Below are positions 28,779-39,097 of a stretch of 64,000 nt of DNA, piece after piece. Origin of the DNA: an uncultured Holophagales bacterium (GTDB lineage Bacteria > Acidobacteriota > Thermoanaerobaculia > Multivoradales > UBA5704). The notes under the pieces are model-generated. The model worked only from the letters and a program-made list of their open reading frames with translations, made no database searches and was not told where the DNA came from. The DNA is taken from contig CAWJGT010000023.1 in the NCBI GenBank assembly GCA_963842525.1, positions 192,001 through 256,000 of the forward strand, in the 5' to 3' direction. Position 1 is the first letter of the stretch. Every line of letters begins with the position of its first letter. The position numbers and the translations under genes were made by a program.

Positions 28779-30623
28779 ATGCGAAAAGCCACGCTGATCA
28801 TCCTCGCCTGGAACCGCTGGGACCTCACCCGGCGCTGTCTGGAGACCTTGCGCGAGACCGACCTCACGGGGGCCGAGGTCGTCGTCGTCGACAACGGATC
28901 GACCGACGAGACGCCGCGGCGGCTGGCCGGGATCCCCTGGGTCCGCACCCTCACCCTGCCGCGCAACCTCGGCTTCGTGCGCGGCAACAACGCCGGCCTC
29001 GAGGTCGCCGATCCCGAATCGGACATCGTCCTGCTCAACAATGACCTCGAGCTCACCCAGCACGACTGGCTGCAGCGGCTGCGCGACTGCGCCCACTCGG
29101 CACCGGACCTGGGGATCGTCGGCTGCCGCCTGGTGCAACCGGGCGGCCTGCTGCTCCATGCCGGCACCTACATCCTGCCGGATACCGTATGGGGCCAGCA
29201 GATCGGGTCCCTCGAGCGGGACATCGGTCAGTACCCGGGCGTGCGCCGCGTCCAGGGGATCGTCTTCGCCTGCGCCTACATCCGGCGCGAGGTGATCAAC
29301 GCCATCGGCGGCCTCGCTCTCGACTTCGAATCGTACTTCGAGGACACCGACTACTGTCTGCGCGCCCGGCAGGCCGGCTTCGCGACCGCGGTCTGCGGCG
29401 AGGTCACCCTGGTCCACGACGAGCACGGCTCCACCCGCGAGCACGAGGGCGCTCTCATGCGCCTGTTCCGGCAGAGCCAGGAGATCTTCCGCAAGAAATG
29501 GAAGAAGGCGCTCTGTGGGAATTACCGGCACGAGCTGCTCTGGCAGTCGATCCTGAACTTCCCGACCGGTTACGCCATGAGCTGCCGGGAGATCCTCCGC
29601 TCCCTCGAACAGGAGGGGGTGCGCACCATCTACCGTTATGTCTACGGTCAGGGCTCCCCCTTCCCCGTGGCCGAGCCCGAGCAGAGCGGCGACTACCGCC
29701 TCAACGTGATCGCCAAGCGCGAGCCGCCGCGCCGCCCGAAGGTGGCCGTGGTCTACGGGCAGGGGGACGTCTTCCAGCGCAACCGGGGCCGCTACAAGGT
29801 CGGCTACACGATGCTGGAGGTCGACGGCTTCCCGCCCGAGTGGGTACGGCAGGCCAACGAGATGGACGAGGTCTGGGTGCCGACCGATTTCAACCGCCGG
29901 GGGCTCCTCGAGAGCGGCCTGAAGCGGCCGGTCCACGTCATCCAGCTCGGCATCGACACCGACTATTTCCATCCCCGCATCCAGGCCCATCCCAACCCCA
30001 TGGAAGAGCTCGTCTTCCTCTCGATCTTCGAGTGGGGCGAGCGCAAGGAGCCCTGGCTCCTCCTGCGGGCCTTCAACGAGACGTTCTCGGCCCGCGAGCC
30101 GGTGCGCCTGCTCTGCAAGGTGATCAACAAAGACGGCGGCCTGCGCCTCAAGGACGAGATCCGCAAGCTGAGGCTCAAGGAGAGCGGCGGCAGGATCTCC
30201 TGGCTGCTCAACTTCGAGTTCCCCCACTACCAGCTCGGCTCGCTCTACCGCTCCGCCGACTGCTTCCTCGCGGCCAGCCGCGGCGAGGGATGGGACATGC
30301 CCCTGATGGAAGCCATGGCGTGCGGCCTGCCGGCCATCGCCACCGACTGGGGGGCCCATACCGAGTTCGTCCACGAGGGGATCGCCTATCCATTGCGCAG
30401 CCGCCAGACGGTCCCGGCGGTCGCCAAGTGCCCCTACTACGCCGGCTTCTCCTGGGCCGACCCGGATCCCGAGCACCTCCGGCACCTGCTGCGCGAGGTC
30501 TACGAGAACCGGGACGAGGCGCGGCGGCGCGGCCAGGCGGCAGCGAAGGAGGTGGCGGCGCGCTGGAGCTGGCAGAGCACCGCACGTAAGATCGTCACCC
30601 GGCTGGAAGCAATTGGAGCGTGA
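28779..30623 (+). CDS. Bifunctional GT2 + GT4 glycosyltransferase
   Basis: IILAWN, VVDNGSTD, LLNND, YFEDTDYC; then WGERK, SRGEGWDMPLMEAMACGLP. Confidence 0.92.
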   Translation: MRKATLIILAWNRWDLTRRCLETLRETDLTGAEVVVVDNGSTDETPRRLAGIPWVRTLTLPRNLGFVRGNNAGLEVADPESDIVLLNNDLELTQHDWLQRLRDCAHSAPDLGIVGCRLVQPGGLLLHAGTYILPDTVWGQQIGSLERDIGQYPGVRRVQGIVFACAYIRREVINAIGGLALDFESYFEDTDYCLRARQAGFATAVCGEVTLVHDEHGSTREHEGALMRLFRQSQEIFRKKWKKALCGNYRHELLWQSILNFPTGYAMSCREILRSLEQEGVRTIYRYVYGQGSPFPVAEPEQSGDYRLNVIAKREPPRRPKVAVVYGQGDVFQRNRGRYKVGYTMLEVDGFPPEWVRQANEMDEVWVPTDFNRRGLLESGLKRPVHVIQLGIDTDYFHPRIQAHPNPMEELVFLSIFEWGERKEPWLLLRAFNETFSAREPVRLLCKVINKDGGLRLKDEIRKLRLKESGGRISWLLNFEFPHYQLGSLYRSADCFLAASRGEGWDMPLMEAMACGLPAIATDWGAHTEFVHEGIAYPLRSRQTVPAVAKCPYYAGFSWADPDPEHLRHLLREVYENRDEARRRGQAAAKEVAARWSWQSTARKIVTRLEAIGA

Positions 30624-31636
30624 CCCCCCAAACGCCCCTGATGCCGATCTCTCCTTCTCCCCGGCTCTCGGTCGTCGTCCCGACCCACGACACCCGCGAG
30701 CTGACCCTGCGCTGCCTGGAGTCGCTGGCTCGCGCGGCCCCTCCGGACGCGGAGGTGATCGTGGTCGACGATGGCAGCCGCGACGGCACCGCCGAAGCGG
30801 TCGCGGCGCGCTTCCCCACCGCGCTCGTCCTGCGCAACGACGCGCCGGCCGGCTTCACCCGGGCCGCCAACCGCGGCCTGGCCCGGACAGGGGGAGATAT
30901 CCTGCTGCTCCTCAACAGCGACACCGAAGTGGAGGGTCCTGCTCTCGCGGCGCTCACAGCGCGCTTCGCCGCGGAGCCGTCGCTCGGCGTGGTCGGGGCG
31001 GCGCTCCACTATCCGGACGGCAGCCCCCAGTGGAGCGGCGGGATGGAGCCATCCCTCGCCTGGCTCTTCGCGCTGTCCAGCGGCCTGCCGGTGCTGCTGG
31101 GACGGCTCCCGCTCTACCGGCGCGCCCGGCCCCTCGCGCCGGGGGATGCCCCAAGGCGCGTGAGCTGGGTCACCGGGGCGGCGCTGGCGATCCGGCGCGC
31201 GGCCTGGCAGCAGGCGGGGCCGCTCGACGAGAGCTTCCGCTTCTACGGCCAGGACCTCGACCTCTGCCTGCGCGTCCGGCAGGCCGGCTGGGAAGTGCAG
31301 ATCGCGCCAGGGTTCCGAGTCCTCCATCATCATGGAGCGACCATCGGCCGCAGTGTTGGAACGATGGACACGATGAGCACGATGGGAGCGGTGGGCCGTC
31401 AGCATCCGGAGCTCCTGTGGACCGACCTGCTGCGCTGGGCGCGGAAGCACCGGAGCGCGAGGTGGGTCGCGCGGGCGCGGAGTGCCCTGTTCTGGGGCGC
31501 CGCCCTGCGGCTCGCGGGACGGGGGCTCGCCCGCCCCTTCCTCCCCGCAGGGCAGCGGGAGGCGTGGCGGGCGGACAGCCGGGCGTTCCGCGAGGCGCTA
31601 CGGGCGCTCCGCCGCGAAAGGCTCAGTCGGGAATGA
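30620..31636 (+). CDS. GT2 glycosyltransferase (WbbL/rhamnosyltransferase-like)
   Basis: VVVPTH, VVDDGSRD, LLNSDT, WVTGAALAIRR, LDESFRFYGQDLDLC. Confidence 0.88.
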   Translation: MTPQTPLMPISPSPRLSVVVPTHDTRELTLRCLESLARAAPPDAEVIVVDDGSRDGTAEAVAARFPTALVLRNDAPAGFTRAANRGLARTGGDILLLLNSDTEVEGPALAALTARFAAEPSLGVVGAALHYPDGSPQWSGGMEPSLAWLFALSSGLPVLLGRLPLYRRARPLAPGDAPRRVSWVTGAALAIRRAAWQQAGPLDESFRFYGQDLDLCLRVRQAGWEVQIAPGFRVLHHHGATIGRSVGTMDTMSTMGAVGRQHPELLWTDLLRWARKHRSARWVARARSALFWGAALRLAGRGLARPFLPAGQREAWRADSRAFREALRALRRERLSRE

Positions 31637-32595
31637 AGGTGCAGATCAAGAAACCCGGGGTCTCTCGCTGGTTGGGCATCGTCCTGGGGGCGGCTCTTCT
31701 GGCGGTGTTGCTCCTCCTCGCGCACCCCGGCCGTCTCCTTGCTACCCTGCGAGCCGGCGATCCACTGCCTGCCGCTGCCGCCGTGGTGCCGTTCGCGGCC
31801 GTGCTCCTCCTGGAAGCCCTGCGGATCGCGCTGCTCTTCGAGCCCTACAACCTGGGCTATGGGACAGCGCTGCGTGTCACGTTGGCAAGCATGTTCTTCG
31901 GCAGCTTTACGCCAGGCACCCTGGGGGGAGAGGTCTACAAGGTCTACTTTGCACATCGCAGGGCACCCGGGCTGGCCCGTCCGATCGCGCTCACGGTCCT
32001 GCTCCGGCTCGCGGGAGTCGGCGCCACCCTCGTGCTCGCGGCGCTTTATTGCGCCGTGTATCCAGAGCGGATCTCCGGCGCCTGGGGAAAAGAGCTCCAG
32101 CAGGCCCGCTGGGGCGGGCCCTCGCCGGCGGTTCTCGCCGCGGCAGCGTTCCTCTTGGCGGCGGGCGCGGCTCTCGGGCTCGCAAGCCCTCGTGGCCGCG
32201 CGCTTTGGCGACGCGCCCGGGCCGCTCTGGCGGAGGCGGGCCGGGCCCTGCGCCGGATCCGCCCTGCCCAGATACCCGGCCTCACGCTCGTCAGCCTCCT
32301 GATCGCGGCGGCAAGGGTCGTCTACCTCTATCTCCTGGCGCGCAGCTTCGCGCCGGACGTGTTCCTTCCCGACCTCGCTCCGGTGGCCGCGGCCGGCGTC
32401 CTCGCCGGCGCGATCCCCCTGACTCTCGGCGGCCTTGGCATGCAAGAGGGAGCGCTCGCGGCCGGTCTCGTTCTCTTCGGCCTCCACTACCCCGAGGCGA
32501 TCGCGGCCTCCCTTCTCAACCGGGGTTTCCTCTGGGCCGCTGCCGCGGCCGGCTGGGTCGTGGTGGTGAGCGCGAGGAGGCGCACGGGCCCTTGA
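31633..32595 (+). CDS. Flippase-like LPG-synthase TM-domain protein (UPF0104/AglD-like)
   Basis: Multi-TM; FTPGTLGGEVYK; IPLTLGGLGMQEG. Confidence 0.82.
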   Translation: MKVQIKKPGVSRWLGIVLGAALLAVLLLLAHPGRLLATLRAGDPLPAAAAVVPFAAVLLLEALRIALLFEPYNLGYGTALRVTLASMFFGSFTPGTLGGEVYKVYFAHRRAPGLARPIALTVLLRLAGVGATLVLAALYCAVYPERISGAWGKELQQARWGGPSPAVLAAAAFLLAAGAALGLASPRGRALWRRARAALAEAGRALRRIRPAQIPGLTLVSLLIAAARVVYLYLLARSFAPDVFLPDLAPVAAAGVLAGAIPLTLGGLGMQEGALAAGLVLFGLHYPEAIAASLLNRGFLWAAAAAGWVVVVSARRRTGP

Positions 32596-32653
32596 GAGGT
32601 GCCGGCGAGTTGCGGCGCGCGAAAGAGTCCACTATGCTCCGCGGAGAACTCTG

Positions 32654-34450
32654 ATGGACCTTCAAAGCCTCCACGGCGGCGCGGCGCCGGCCCTCGCGGA
32701 TTCGAGCGGGAAGACCGGTGCGGCAAGCAAGCAGACGGGGAAGCAGGCGCTTTGGCTGCGGCTCCGGGGGCCGGGGCCCGCCTGGCTGGCCTTCCTCCCT
32801 CTGGGCCTGCTCGCGGTCAACTCGAACTGGATCTTCAGCGGCCCGCACCGCGACGCGTGGATCTATTACGGCTACTATCAGAATGCGATCTTCTACCTGA
32901 GACAATTCCCGGACCTCTATTACTCTTCCCGTCTCGCGGTGGCCCTCCCCGGCTTCCTGGCCCACCACATGCTGCCGACGATGGCAGCCAACTTGGTGCT
33001 CCACCTGGCGCTTTACTGGGCCGCGGTCCTGTCCTTCTATCTCGTCGTGAAGGATCTGTTCGGTGCCCGCGTCGCGCTGCTCGCCTCCCTCGCCCTGGGT
33101 TGCCACCCATTCTTTCTGCAGGCTGTGGGCTGGAATTACGTCGACGGCTTCGGTATCGCCTATTTCCTCGTCACACTGCTGCTCCTGACCCTCGCCAGCC
33201 GATCGCCGTTGTGGCGACCCTTGCTCTTGGCAGCGGGGGCCATGGTCACGGCCCTCGTCTCGACCAACGTCTTCTATGCGGTCTACCTGCCGGTGCTGGC
33301 CGGGCATTTCCTCGTGCTCAACCGGCAGCGCAGGCAGATCTCGCCGCTCGCCGCCGCCCTCTGGGCAGGCCTGGGCGCAGCGAGCCTCTTCGCCCTCTTC
33401 AGCTCATTCACCAGGGTCCTGGGCGGGAGCTCCTTCTACCTGCACGCCTCGCTGCAGTTCCTCGCGGGCTCCATCGGGACCGCAAACGTGTTCCGCGACG
33501 CCACCTACTCATGGCTCCCCAAGGCGGTCTGGCTCGTCTTTCCGGCGGCCACTCTCCTCGGCAGCGCCATCCTCTTCAAGCGCGCGCGGACCGATCCTTC
33601 CCTGCGGCGGGACCTCCCGCTCCTCTGGTCGCAAGTCCAGCTCGTTTTCCTGGTCCTGGTGGCCCTCTACTTCCAGGTCGCCGGAGATGCCGCGGTTCTG
33701 CAGCATTTCTACTATGCGAGCCTGCTCATTCCCGCTGCCTTCCTGGCTTTCGCCGGCCAGATCGCGACGCTTGTCGCAAAGCTCTCCGACCAGCGGTTCG
33801 GCGTCCTCGCAGCGGTGGTCACTCTGCTTCAGGTCATACCTCTGTTCCTGCCGCACTTTCAGGTCTTCTCGCCCACTGATGAGCCCTCGTCCGCTCCGGC
33901 GCTCCTCGCTCTCCTTGCCGGGATCGGCGCCGCGATCGCCCTCGGATGGAGGCGGGCCGGCACGCGCGTGGTTCTGGCGGTCTTCCTGTGTCTCGCCGTG
34001 TCGCAGGGCCTTGTGCGGCAGGAGGCCTCCATCTTCTGGAGCTCCGAGCGCCATGGCGGCGACGGCCCCGGCATCTTCCGGCAGCTCAGCCAGGCCGTGG
34101 CCGACATCGAGGCCTTCGACCCTTCCCAGGACGTGCGCCTCTGGTACGACCAGGACGCGGAGGACGGGATCCTCTACGATGCCGTCGCCTCGGCGTTCCT
34201 GCTCTGCCCCCGCATGATCAATCTCGACTTTCCGGACCTCTCCGGCGGCAGGATGTGTGACGGCTCCCCGCTCGCGCCGGGCGTCATGATCGCCGTTCTC
34301 TCGGCGGACCCGTCCGCCTTCGACCAGGCCGCCGCAGCCATCCGGAGCGTCGGGCTCTCCGCCCGCCTGGTCAAGCGCGACGAAATCGAGGGACCGTCTC
34401 GCGAGTTCACCATCACCTACCTGCGGACCGAAGCGGGAGCCGTTCCATGA
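32654..34450 (+). CDS. GT-C-like integral membrane protein (putative oligosaccharyl/glycosyl transferase or ligase)
   Basis: About 12 hydrophobic segments, N-terminal DAWIYYG and a soluble C-terminal domain, inside the glycan locus. Confidence 0.6.
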   Translation: MDLQSLHGGAAPALADSSGKTGAASKQTGKQALWLRLRGPGPAWLAFLPLGLLAVNSNWIFSGPHRDAWIYYGYYQNAIFYLRQFPDLYYSSRLAVALPGFLAHHMLPTMAANLVLHLALYWAAVLSFYLVVKDLFGARVALLASLALGCHPFFLQAVGWNYVDGFGIAYFLVTLLLLTLASRSPLWRPLLLAAGAMVTALVSTNVFYAVYLPVLAGHFLVLNRQRRQISPLAAALWAGLGAASLFALFSSFTRVLGGSSFYLHASLQFLAGSIGTANVFRDATYSWLPKAVWLVFPAATLLGSAILFKRARTDPSLRRDLPLLWSQVQLVFLVLVALYFQVAGDAAVLQHFYYASLLIPAAFLAFAGQIATLVAKLSDQRFGVLAAVVTLLQVIPLFLPHFQVFSPTDEPSSAPALLALLAGIGAAIALGWRRAGTRVVLAVFLCLAVSQGLVRQEASIFWSSERHGGDGPGIFRQLSQAVADIEAFDPSQDVRLWYDQDAEDGILYDAVASAFLLCPRMINLDFPDLSGGRMCDGSPLAPGVMIAVLSADPSAFDQAAAAIRSVGLSARLVKRDEIEGPSREFTITYLRTEAGAVP

Positions 34451-35625
34451 GCGTGCAGCCGGTGCACGCCCGGGCGCTTCCTCAGGCAGAGGCAGTCAAA
34501 GCCCCGATCCCGTTCAACCGGCCGGAGCTCACCGGCCACGAGCTCGACTACCTGCGCGACGCCGTCGGCCGGGGGCACCTGTCAGGTGACGGCTTCTACA
34601 CCCGCCAATGCCAGGATCTCCTCGCCAGGATTCTGGGCGGCGCGCGCGTCCTGCTGACGACCTCCTGCACGCACGCCCTGGAGATGGCGGCGCTTCTGCT
34701 CGACATCGGGCCCGGAGACGAGGTGATCGTACCCTCGTTCACCTTCGTCTCGACCGCCAACGCCTTCGTGCTGCGCGGGGCTCGCCCCGTCTTCGTCGAC
34801 ATCCGCCCGGACACGCTCAACCTCGACGAGAATCTGCTCGCTTCTCGCGTTACACCGCAGACGCGGGCGATCGTCCCAGTCCACTACGCCGGGGTCCCCT
34901 GCGAGATGGACCACATCCTCGAAGGAGCGCGCGCCGCAGGAGCTGCCGTGGTCGAGGACAACGCTCACGGCCTCTTCGCCTCCTACCGAGGCCGCCCCCT
35001 GGGGACCTTCGGTGCCCTGAGCACGCTGAGCTTCCACGAAACCAAGAACGTGTTCTGCGGCGAGGGGGGAGCCCTGGTGATCAACGACCGCACCCTGGCA
35101 GACCGCGCCGAGATCCTGCGCGAGAAGGGCACCGACCGGAGCCGCTTCTTCCGCGGCGAGGTCGACCGCTACACCTGGGTCGACCTGGGCTCCAGCTACG
35201 TGCCCTCGGATCTTCTGGCCGCCTTCCTCCTGGCCCAGCTCGAAGGGAGGGAGCAGATCCAGGCGCGGCGGCGCCGGATCTGGGAGCGCTACCAAGAAGG
35301 GCTCGCCGGCTGGGCCGCCGCGCGCGGAGCCCGCCTGCCGATGGTTCCCAGTCACTGCCGGCAGCCCTGGCACCTCTTCTACGTCCTCCTCCCGTCACTC
35401 CAGGAGCGCCAAGACCTCATCGCCCATCTCAAGAAGGCTGGGGTTCAGGCGGTCTTCCATTACCTCCCTCTCCACCTGTCCGAGGTGGGACGGCGGCTCG
35501 GCGGCCGGCCGGGCGACTGCCCCGTCGCGGAGAGCGTCAGCGATCGGCTCCTCCGCCTCCCTCTCTTCCCGGGGTTGACCGAGCCCGAGCAGGAGCGGAT
35601 CCTGGAGGCGATCCACGCTTTCTGA
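34447..35625 (+). CDS. wecE: dTDP-4-amino-4,6-dideoxygalactose transaminase
   Basis: LTTSCTHALEMAALL, SFHETKN, EKGTDRSRFFRGEVDRYTWVDLGSSY, AVFHYLPLH. Confidence 0.92.
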   Translation: MSVQPVHARALPQAEAVKAPIPFNRPELTGHELDYLRDAVGRGHLSGDGFYTRQCQDLLARILGGARVLLTTSCTHALEMAALLLDIGPGDEVIVPSFTFVSTANAFVLRGARPVFVDIRPDTLNLDENLLASRVTPQTRAIVPVHYAGVPCEMDHILEGARAAGAAVVEDNAHGLFASYRGRPLGTFGALSTLSFHETKNVFCGEGGALVINDRTLADRAEILREKGTDRSRFFRGEVDRYTWVDLGSSYVPSDLLAAFLLAQLEGREQIQARRRRIWERYQEGLAGWAAARGARLPMVPSHCRQPWHLFYVLLPSLQERQDLIAHLKKAGVQAVFHYLPLHLSEVGRRLGGRPGDCPVAESVSDRLLRLPLFPGLTEPEQERILEAIHAF

Positions 35626-35628
35626 GCG

Positions 35629-36249
35629 TCAGCTCCTCCGTGCCCGCATCAGGAAATGGCTGTAGGGAATGGCGAGCCGGTCCGTCACCAGGCTCGTTTC
35701 GATCTCGGAGAAATAGGGCGCAACGAGCGCGCGGTATCCTTCAGGCGAGCGGACCTGGCGGCCCCGGTCCCGCGAGACGAGGAAGCGGGCGATCCGGGAT
35801 TGCCCGGGATGGAGGACGGGATCCGCGGTGACGAGCCAGCCGCCCTCCCGCAGATGCGCGCGCGCATTGCGGACCAGGCGGTCCGCGTCGGCATCGCTCA
35901 GGTGGTGCAGGACGCCCTTGGCGACCACGAGGTCGAAGCCGCCCGCCAGTGGCGGCTCGTCTCCCACCCGGGCACAGAAGAACTGGCCGCGGCTTCCGTA
36001 GCGCCGCTCGGCCGCGGCGATATAGCTGGGGTTGGGATCGTAGCCGGCGTAGTCCACGTCCGGCGGCAGGTGATCGAGCAGCGAGCCCGTGCCGCAGCCG
36101 ATGTCGAGGAGCCTGGCTCCAGGAAATGGGCGCAGCCGCTCCTCGACGAACCGCTGCCGCACGGCCTGGGCCCCCAGAAGACGCTGGAACCACTCGTAGA
36201 GGCCCGCCCTCTCGAGGAGCCGGTAGATTCCGTGCGAGACCTGATCCAT
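35629..36249 (-). CDS. Class I SAM-dependent methyltransferase
   Basis: LLDIGCGTG, GVLHHLSD, DRGRQVR. Confidence 0.88.
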   Translation of the reverse strand: MDQVSHGIYRLLERAGLYEWFQRLLGAQAVRQRFVEERLRPFPGARLLDIGCGTGSLLDHLPPDVDYAGYDPNPSYIAAAERRYGSRGQFFCARVGDEPPLAGGFDLVVAKGVLHHLSDADADRLVRNARAHLREGGWLVTADPVLHPGQSRIARFLVSRDRGRQVRSPEGYRALVAPYFSEIETSLVTDRLAIPYSHFLMRARRS

Positions 36250-37187
36250 CAGCGGTGCTCTTCGCCTGCGGGAAGGCCGACTCGGCGGCGGACGAAGTAG
36301 GTGGGCCGGTTCTCGCTGCTCTCGATGATCCGGAGGAGATACTCCCCCACTACGCCCAGGCTGACGAGGAGCAGGCCGCCGATGAGCAGCAGGGCCGAGA
36401 ACAGGGAGGCCCAGCCCTGGACGGCCACACCGTACATGATCTTCTTGTAGATCACCAGCGCCGCGAGAAGGAAGCTGATCGCGGCAAAGGAGATGCCCAC
36501 CGCGCCCACCAGCCGAAGCACCAGCGAGGAGTTGCTGATGAGCAGGTTGCTGAACACACGGACCAGCTTCCGCAGGGTGTAGCCGCTCTGGCCCCCCCGC
36601 CGGGCGCCGTGGCCCACGGGGACGCTGACGACGTCCTTGCTCACATGGAACATCAGGGCCGGCAAGAAGGGGTGCGGCGTGCGGATCGAGAGGATGCCGT
36701 CCACGACCGTGCGGCCGAGCAGGCGGAACGAGCTGAGCTGAATGCTCTTGGGCTTGCCGATGAGGATCTGGTCGAAGTAGCCCTTGACGCGGCTCGCGAC
36801 GCGCCGGAAAAGACTGTGCCGTTTGCGCCTGAGCTGGGCGATGACAATATCCCGGTCGGCATGGGCCAGCAGCTTCGGAATGTCCTGCGGGTCGTGCTGC
36901 AGGTCGTCGTCCAGGGTGACGACCACCTCGCCGCGGGCCTCGCGCAGGCCGCAGAGCGTCGCCGCCTGCTGGCCAAAGTTGCGCGTCAACTGGACTGCCT
37001 TCACCTGCTCCCGCTGGCGCGCGAGCCGCTCGAGGGTTGGCCAGACATCGGTGGCCGGGGAACGGTCGTCGACGAAGATGACCTCGTAGTCGTCCTCGGG
37101 ACGGTCCCGGAACACGGCGTCGATCCGGTCGGCGAGCTCCTCCAGGACCGGGCTGCCGTAGACAGGGATCACGATGGAGACGCGCAT
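36249..37187 (-). CDS. ArnC/GtrB-like undecaprenyl-phosphate glycosyltransferase (GT2)
   Basis: VIPVY, LTRNFGQQAA, TLDDDLQHDP, two C-terminal TMs, GEYLLRI. Confidence 0.9.
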   Translation of the reverse strand: MRVSIVIPVYGSPVLEELADRIDAVFRDRPEDDYEVIFVDDRSPATDVWPTLERLARQREQVKAVQLTRNFGQQAATLCGLREARGEVVVTLDDDLQHDPQDIPKLLAHADRDIVIAQLRRKRHSLFRRVASRVKGYFDQILIGKPKSIQLSSFRLLGRTVVDGILSIRTPHPFLPALMFHVSKDVVSVPVGHGARRGGQSGYTLRKLVRVFSNLLISNSSLVLRLVGAVGISFAAISFLLAALVIYKKIMYGVAVQGWASLFSALLLIGGLLLVSLGVVGEYLLRIIESSENRPTYFVRRRVGLPAGEEHR

Positions 37188-37891
37188 GCCTCCTCCGTGC
37201 GGAGAAGATGGCTCCGTGCCCCTTGCGGTCCTTCGTTGAGCAGCAGGTCCAGAATGCTCACCTCGTGAATGAAAGGGGGGGAGAAAAGCTGCTGGTACTC
37301 CGGGTAGCCGGAGTAGTCCATCCAGCGCACGGCGATGCCCTTCTCGGCAAATCGGCTCTCTTCCAGGTAGGCCCTGGCCGCCGGCCCCGAAAAGTACTCT
37401 CCGGCCCCGGTCTGCTCGCAGAGATCGACCAGGCGATCGACCCGGTCACCCTGCAGGCAGTAGTCCGTGGAGCGGGTGATGCGAGTGCCGACTCCCAGGA
37501 GCCCGCAGATCTCCCGCAGAAACATCTCGTTGACACGGGTCAGGAGCAGCTCGCCGGCGGCGCGCTCGTACAGCCCGCCGAGGATTGGCGCGAGCGCTGG
37601 AAACCAGGGCGCCCGGGCGTAATGGGTCTGGATGGACGTCCAGTGTCTCGCCGCCCAACGTGGATCGCGGATCTCGACCTCCCGGATCAACTGTCCAAAG
37701 CGGCCTGTCTGGAGCACCGGGATGGTGATCCAGGCCGTTCCTTCACGGGTCTTGATGCGGTTGCGATTTCGCCAGCCGTTCTTGCTGTATTGGACATCGT
37801 CGTAGAGGATGAACTCGTCCACGGCGCCGATGATGTCGAAGTACCCCTTCCAGGGGACGTAGGACGACTGGAGGATAGCGACGCGTTTCAT
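37169..37891 (-). CDS. WbqC-family protein
   Basis: ILQSSYVPWKGYFD, YDDVQY...WRNRNRIKT, YFSGPAARAY, SILDLL. Confidence 0.92.
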   Translation of the reverse strand: MKRVAILQSSYVPWKGYFDIIGAVDEFILYDDVQYSKNGWRNRNRIKTREGTAWITIPVLQTGRFGQLIREVEIRDPRWAARHWTSIQTHYARAPWFPALAPILGGLYERAAGELLLTRVNEMFLREICGLLGVGTRITRSTDYCLQGDRVDRLVDLCEQTGAGEYFSGPAARAYLEESRFAEKGIAVRWMDYSGYPEYQQLFSPPFIHEVSILDLLLNEGPQGARSHLLRTEEACASPS

Positions 37892-37962
37892 CCGGGCGGT
37901 GCTGGCTGTCGCGGATTCTAACGCAATCTGTTACCGTTCCGGGCGCTTCCCCGCCACGCCTC

Positions 37963-39097
37963 ATGAATGGCTTCACTGTCTTCCTCACCGGCATGCAGCG
38001 CTCGGGCACGACGTTGCTCGAAAGGCTGGTCGATCTCAACCCCGACGCGTCAATGCTTGCGCAGCCGTTCCCCCTGCTCTTCGTAGAGGCGAAAAGGGAC
38101 TTTCTGCGCGGGCTCGGCAGGAGCGATCTCCGCTATCCTCTGGGCCACCTCTTCCGCGAGGACGGGTATCGGCAGGAGGACTTCGACCGCCACCTGACAG
38201 AGCTGCGGATCGACGGCGCGCGCCTCGAACGGATCTTTGAGGAGATGCAGGGTTTCTCCGGCCAATACACACGCTTCAACCGCTCCGTCTTGAAGCGGGC
38301 CATCCGGCAGCTTCCTCCCGTCGGCTTCGCCGAGCTCCTCGCTGGGCTCTACCGCGCCCTCTCGCCCGAGCCGAAGGCCCCTGTAGCGGGTGGCAAGGAG
38401 ACGATCTGCGAGGAGCTGCCTCCCCTACCTCCTAACCCGCGGATGGCGATGCGTGCTCATCCTCCGCGACCCGCGCGACGTGGTGGCGTCGCTCAACCAC
38501 GGCCGGGGCCCCGAGTACGGGGGCCGGCTCAAGCCGACTCTCTTCAACATCCGCAACTGGAGGAAGAGCGTCGCATACGCCCTCCACCTGGAGGGCTGTC
38601 CAGGGTTCCTCTGGCTGCGCTATGAAGACCTGGTCGACGATCCTCCGAAGGCCCTTCGCCGGATCACGCAGGCTCTCGGGCTCGGACCCCCGAGCTTCGC
38701 TGCCGGCGAGATCCGCGACCGCTCCGGCCATGTCTGGACCGGCAATTCCTCCCATGGCGAGCGCCCCGGCGTGAGCGGCGCGTCGGTGGGCGCCTATCGG
38801 CAGATCCTCGAGCCCACGGTCGCCCGGTTCATCGAGGCCTCCTGCTTGCCGGAGATGCGGCTCCTCGGCTACCCCATCAGCCTGGACGCCGAGGAAGCAC
38901 ACGGCGTCCTCCGCGCCTTCGAGGAGCCTTACGAGATCACGCGCGAAGGCCTGGAAGGCGACGCCGCCGGCCCCGCAAACGCGAGCCTGGAAGTCCGGCG
39001 CCTGGAGCTCCTCGCCGGCCCTCCGGACGCCGCAACACTCCCCTGGTTCCTCTTCGAGCGCGCCCACGCACGGCTCCGGGAGGCCCTCCGACCATGA
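37963..39097 (+). CDS. Sulfotransferase-family protein (+1 frameshift near 38420)
   Basis: FLTGMQRSGTTLL and GGKET in ORF 37963; continues LPYLL...ILRDPRDVVAS...LRYEDLV in ORF 38390-39097. Confidence 0.85.
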
